Assembly (NCBI GenBank): GCA_964016885.1
Contig: OZ024749.1
Span: 17,794,001 to 17,858,000, forward strand
Reading direction: 5' to 3'
DNA: 64,000 bases
From: Eledone cirrhosa
Lineage: Eukaryota
Below are positions 63,720 through 64,000 of this stretch, in pieces. Below the pieces are notes generated by a model. The model did not search any database. It had not been told where the DNA came from and saw nothing but the letters and a program-made list of their open reading frames with translations. A program made the position numbers and the translations under genes. Numbering within the stretch: the stretch's first letter is position 1; the number at the start of each line of letters is the position of its first letter.

Positions 63720-64000
63720 TTACTGATGAAACTTGTTAGTGACACAACTACAAGAGAAGATCCTAGCCAAGATTAAGCTGCAATATTTAAATTTTATAGA
63801 TCTAGAAAAGGCCTTTGGCAGAGTACCTTACTCTGTTATCTGGTGGGCCTTCAGAAATTTAGGTGTAGAAGAATGGCTTGTGAGAGCAGTGCAAGCCATG
63901 TACAGAGGAGCTGTCAGTAAAGTGAGAGTAGGAAGGGAGTTTAGTGAGGAATTCAATGTACAGGTAGGTGTTCATCATGGTTCAGTTCACAACCCACTGT
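63720..64000 (+). mobile_element. Old RTE fragment paralogous to 16708-16985
   Basis: Same deletion junction and same upstream flank as the 16.7-kb copy. Confidence 0.85.

Overview
This is AT-rich eukaryotic DNA, most likely from a coleoid cephalopod such as Octopus. That is an inference from the tandem HCDICGKSF-type C2H2 gene, the CORE-type tRNA SINEs with RTE tails and the very long (AT)n/(ACAT)n arrays. The only host gene I can support is a single-coding-exon 22-finger C2H2 zinc-finger gene (26115-28064, minus). The rest is nested mobile DNA. There are at least three RTE-clade LINE families (A, B, C here), including one copy with an intact APE-RT ORF (48.6-52.0 kb); all three carry a PHD-type C4HC3 finger inside the RT. 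There is also a decayed R4/Dong-like element, a Hero-like element, several Penelope-like (GIY-YIG) fragments, SINEs, MITEs and microsatellites. Main hunt results: (1) all three hammerhead-ribozyme core strands in the Hero-like 3' UTR, but in reversed order, which would need a pseudoknotted fold; (2) several Penelope-associated minimal hammerheads with visible covariation; (3) a 32-bp target duplication enclosing an RTE plus about 1 kb of downstream DNA (possible 3' transduction); (4) minisatellite-like evolution of the zinc-finger array; (5) a minisatellite derived from a piggyBac-type MITE. All alignments and folds were done by eye and element boundaries are approximate.
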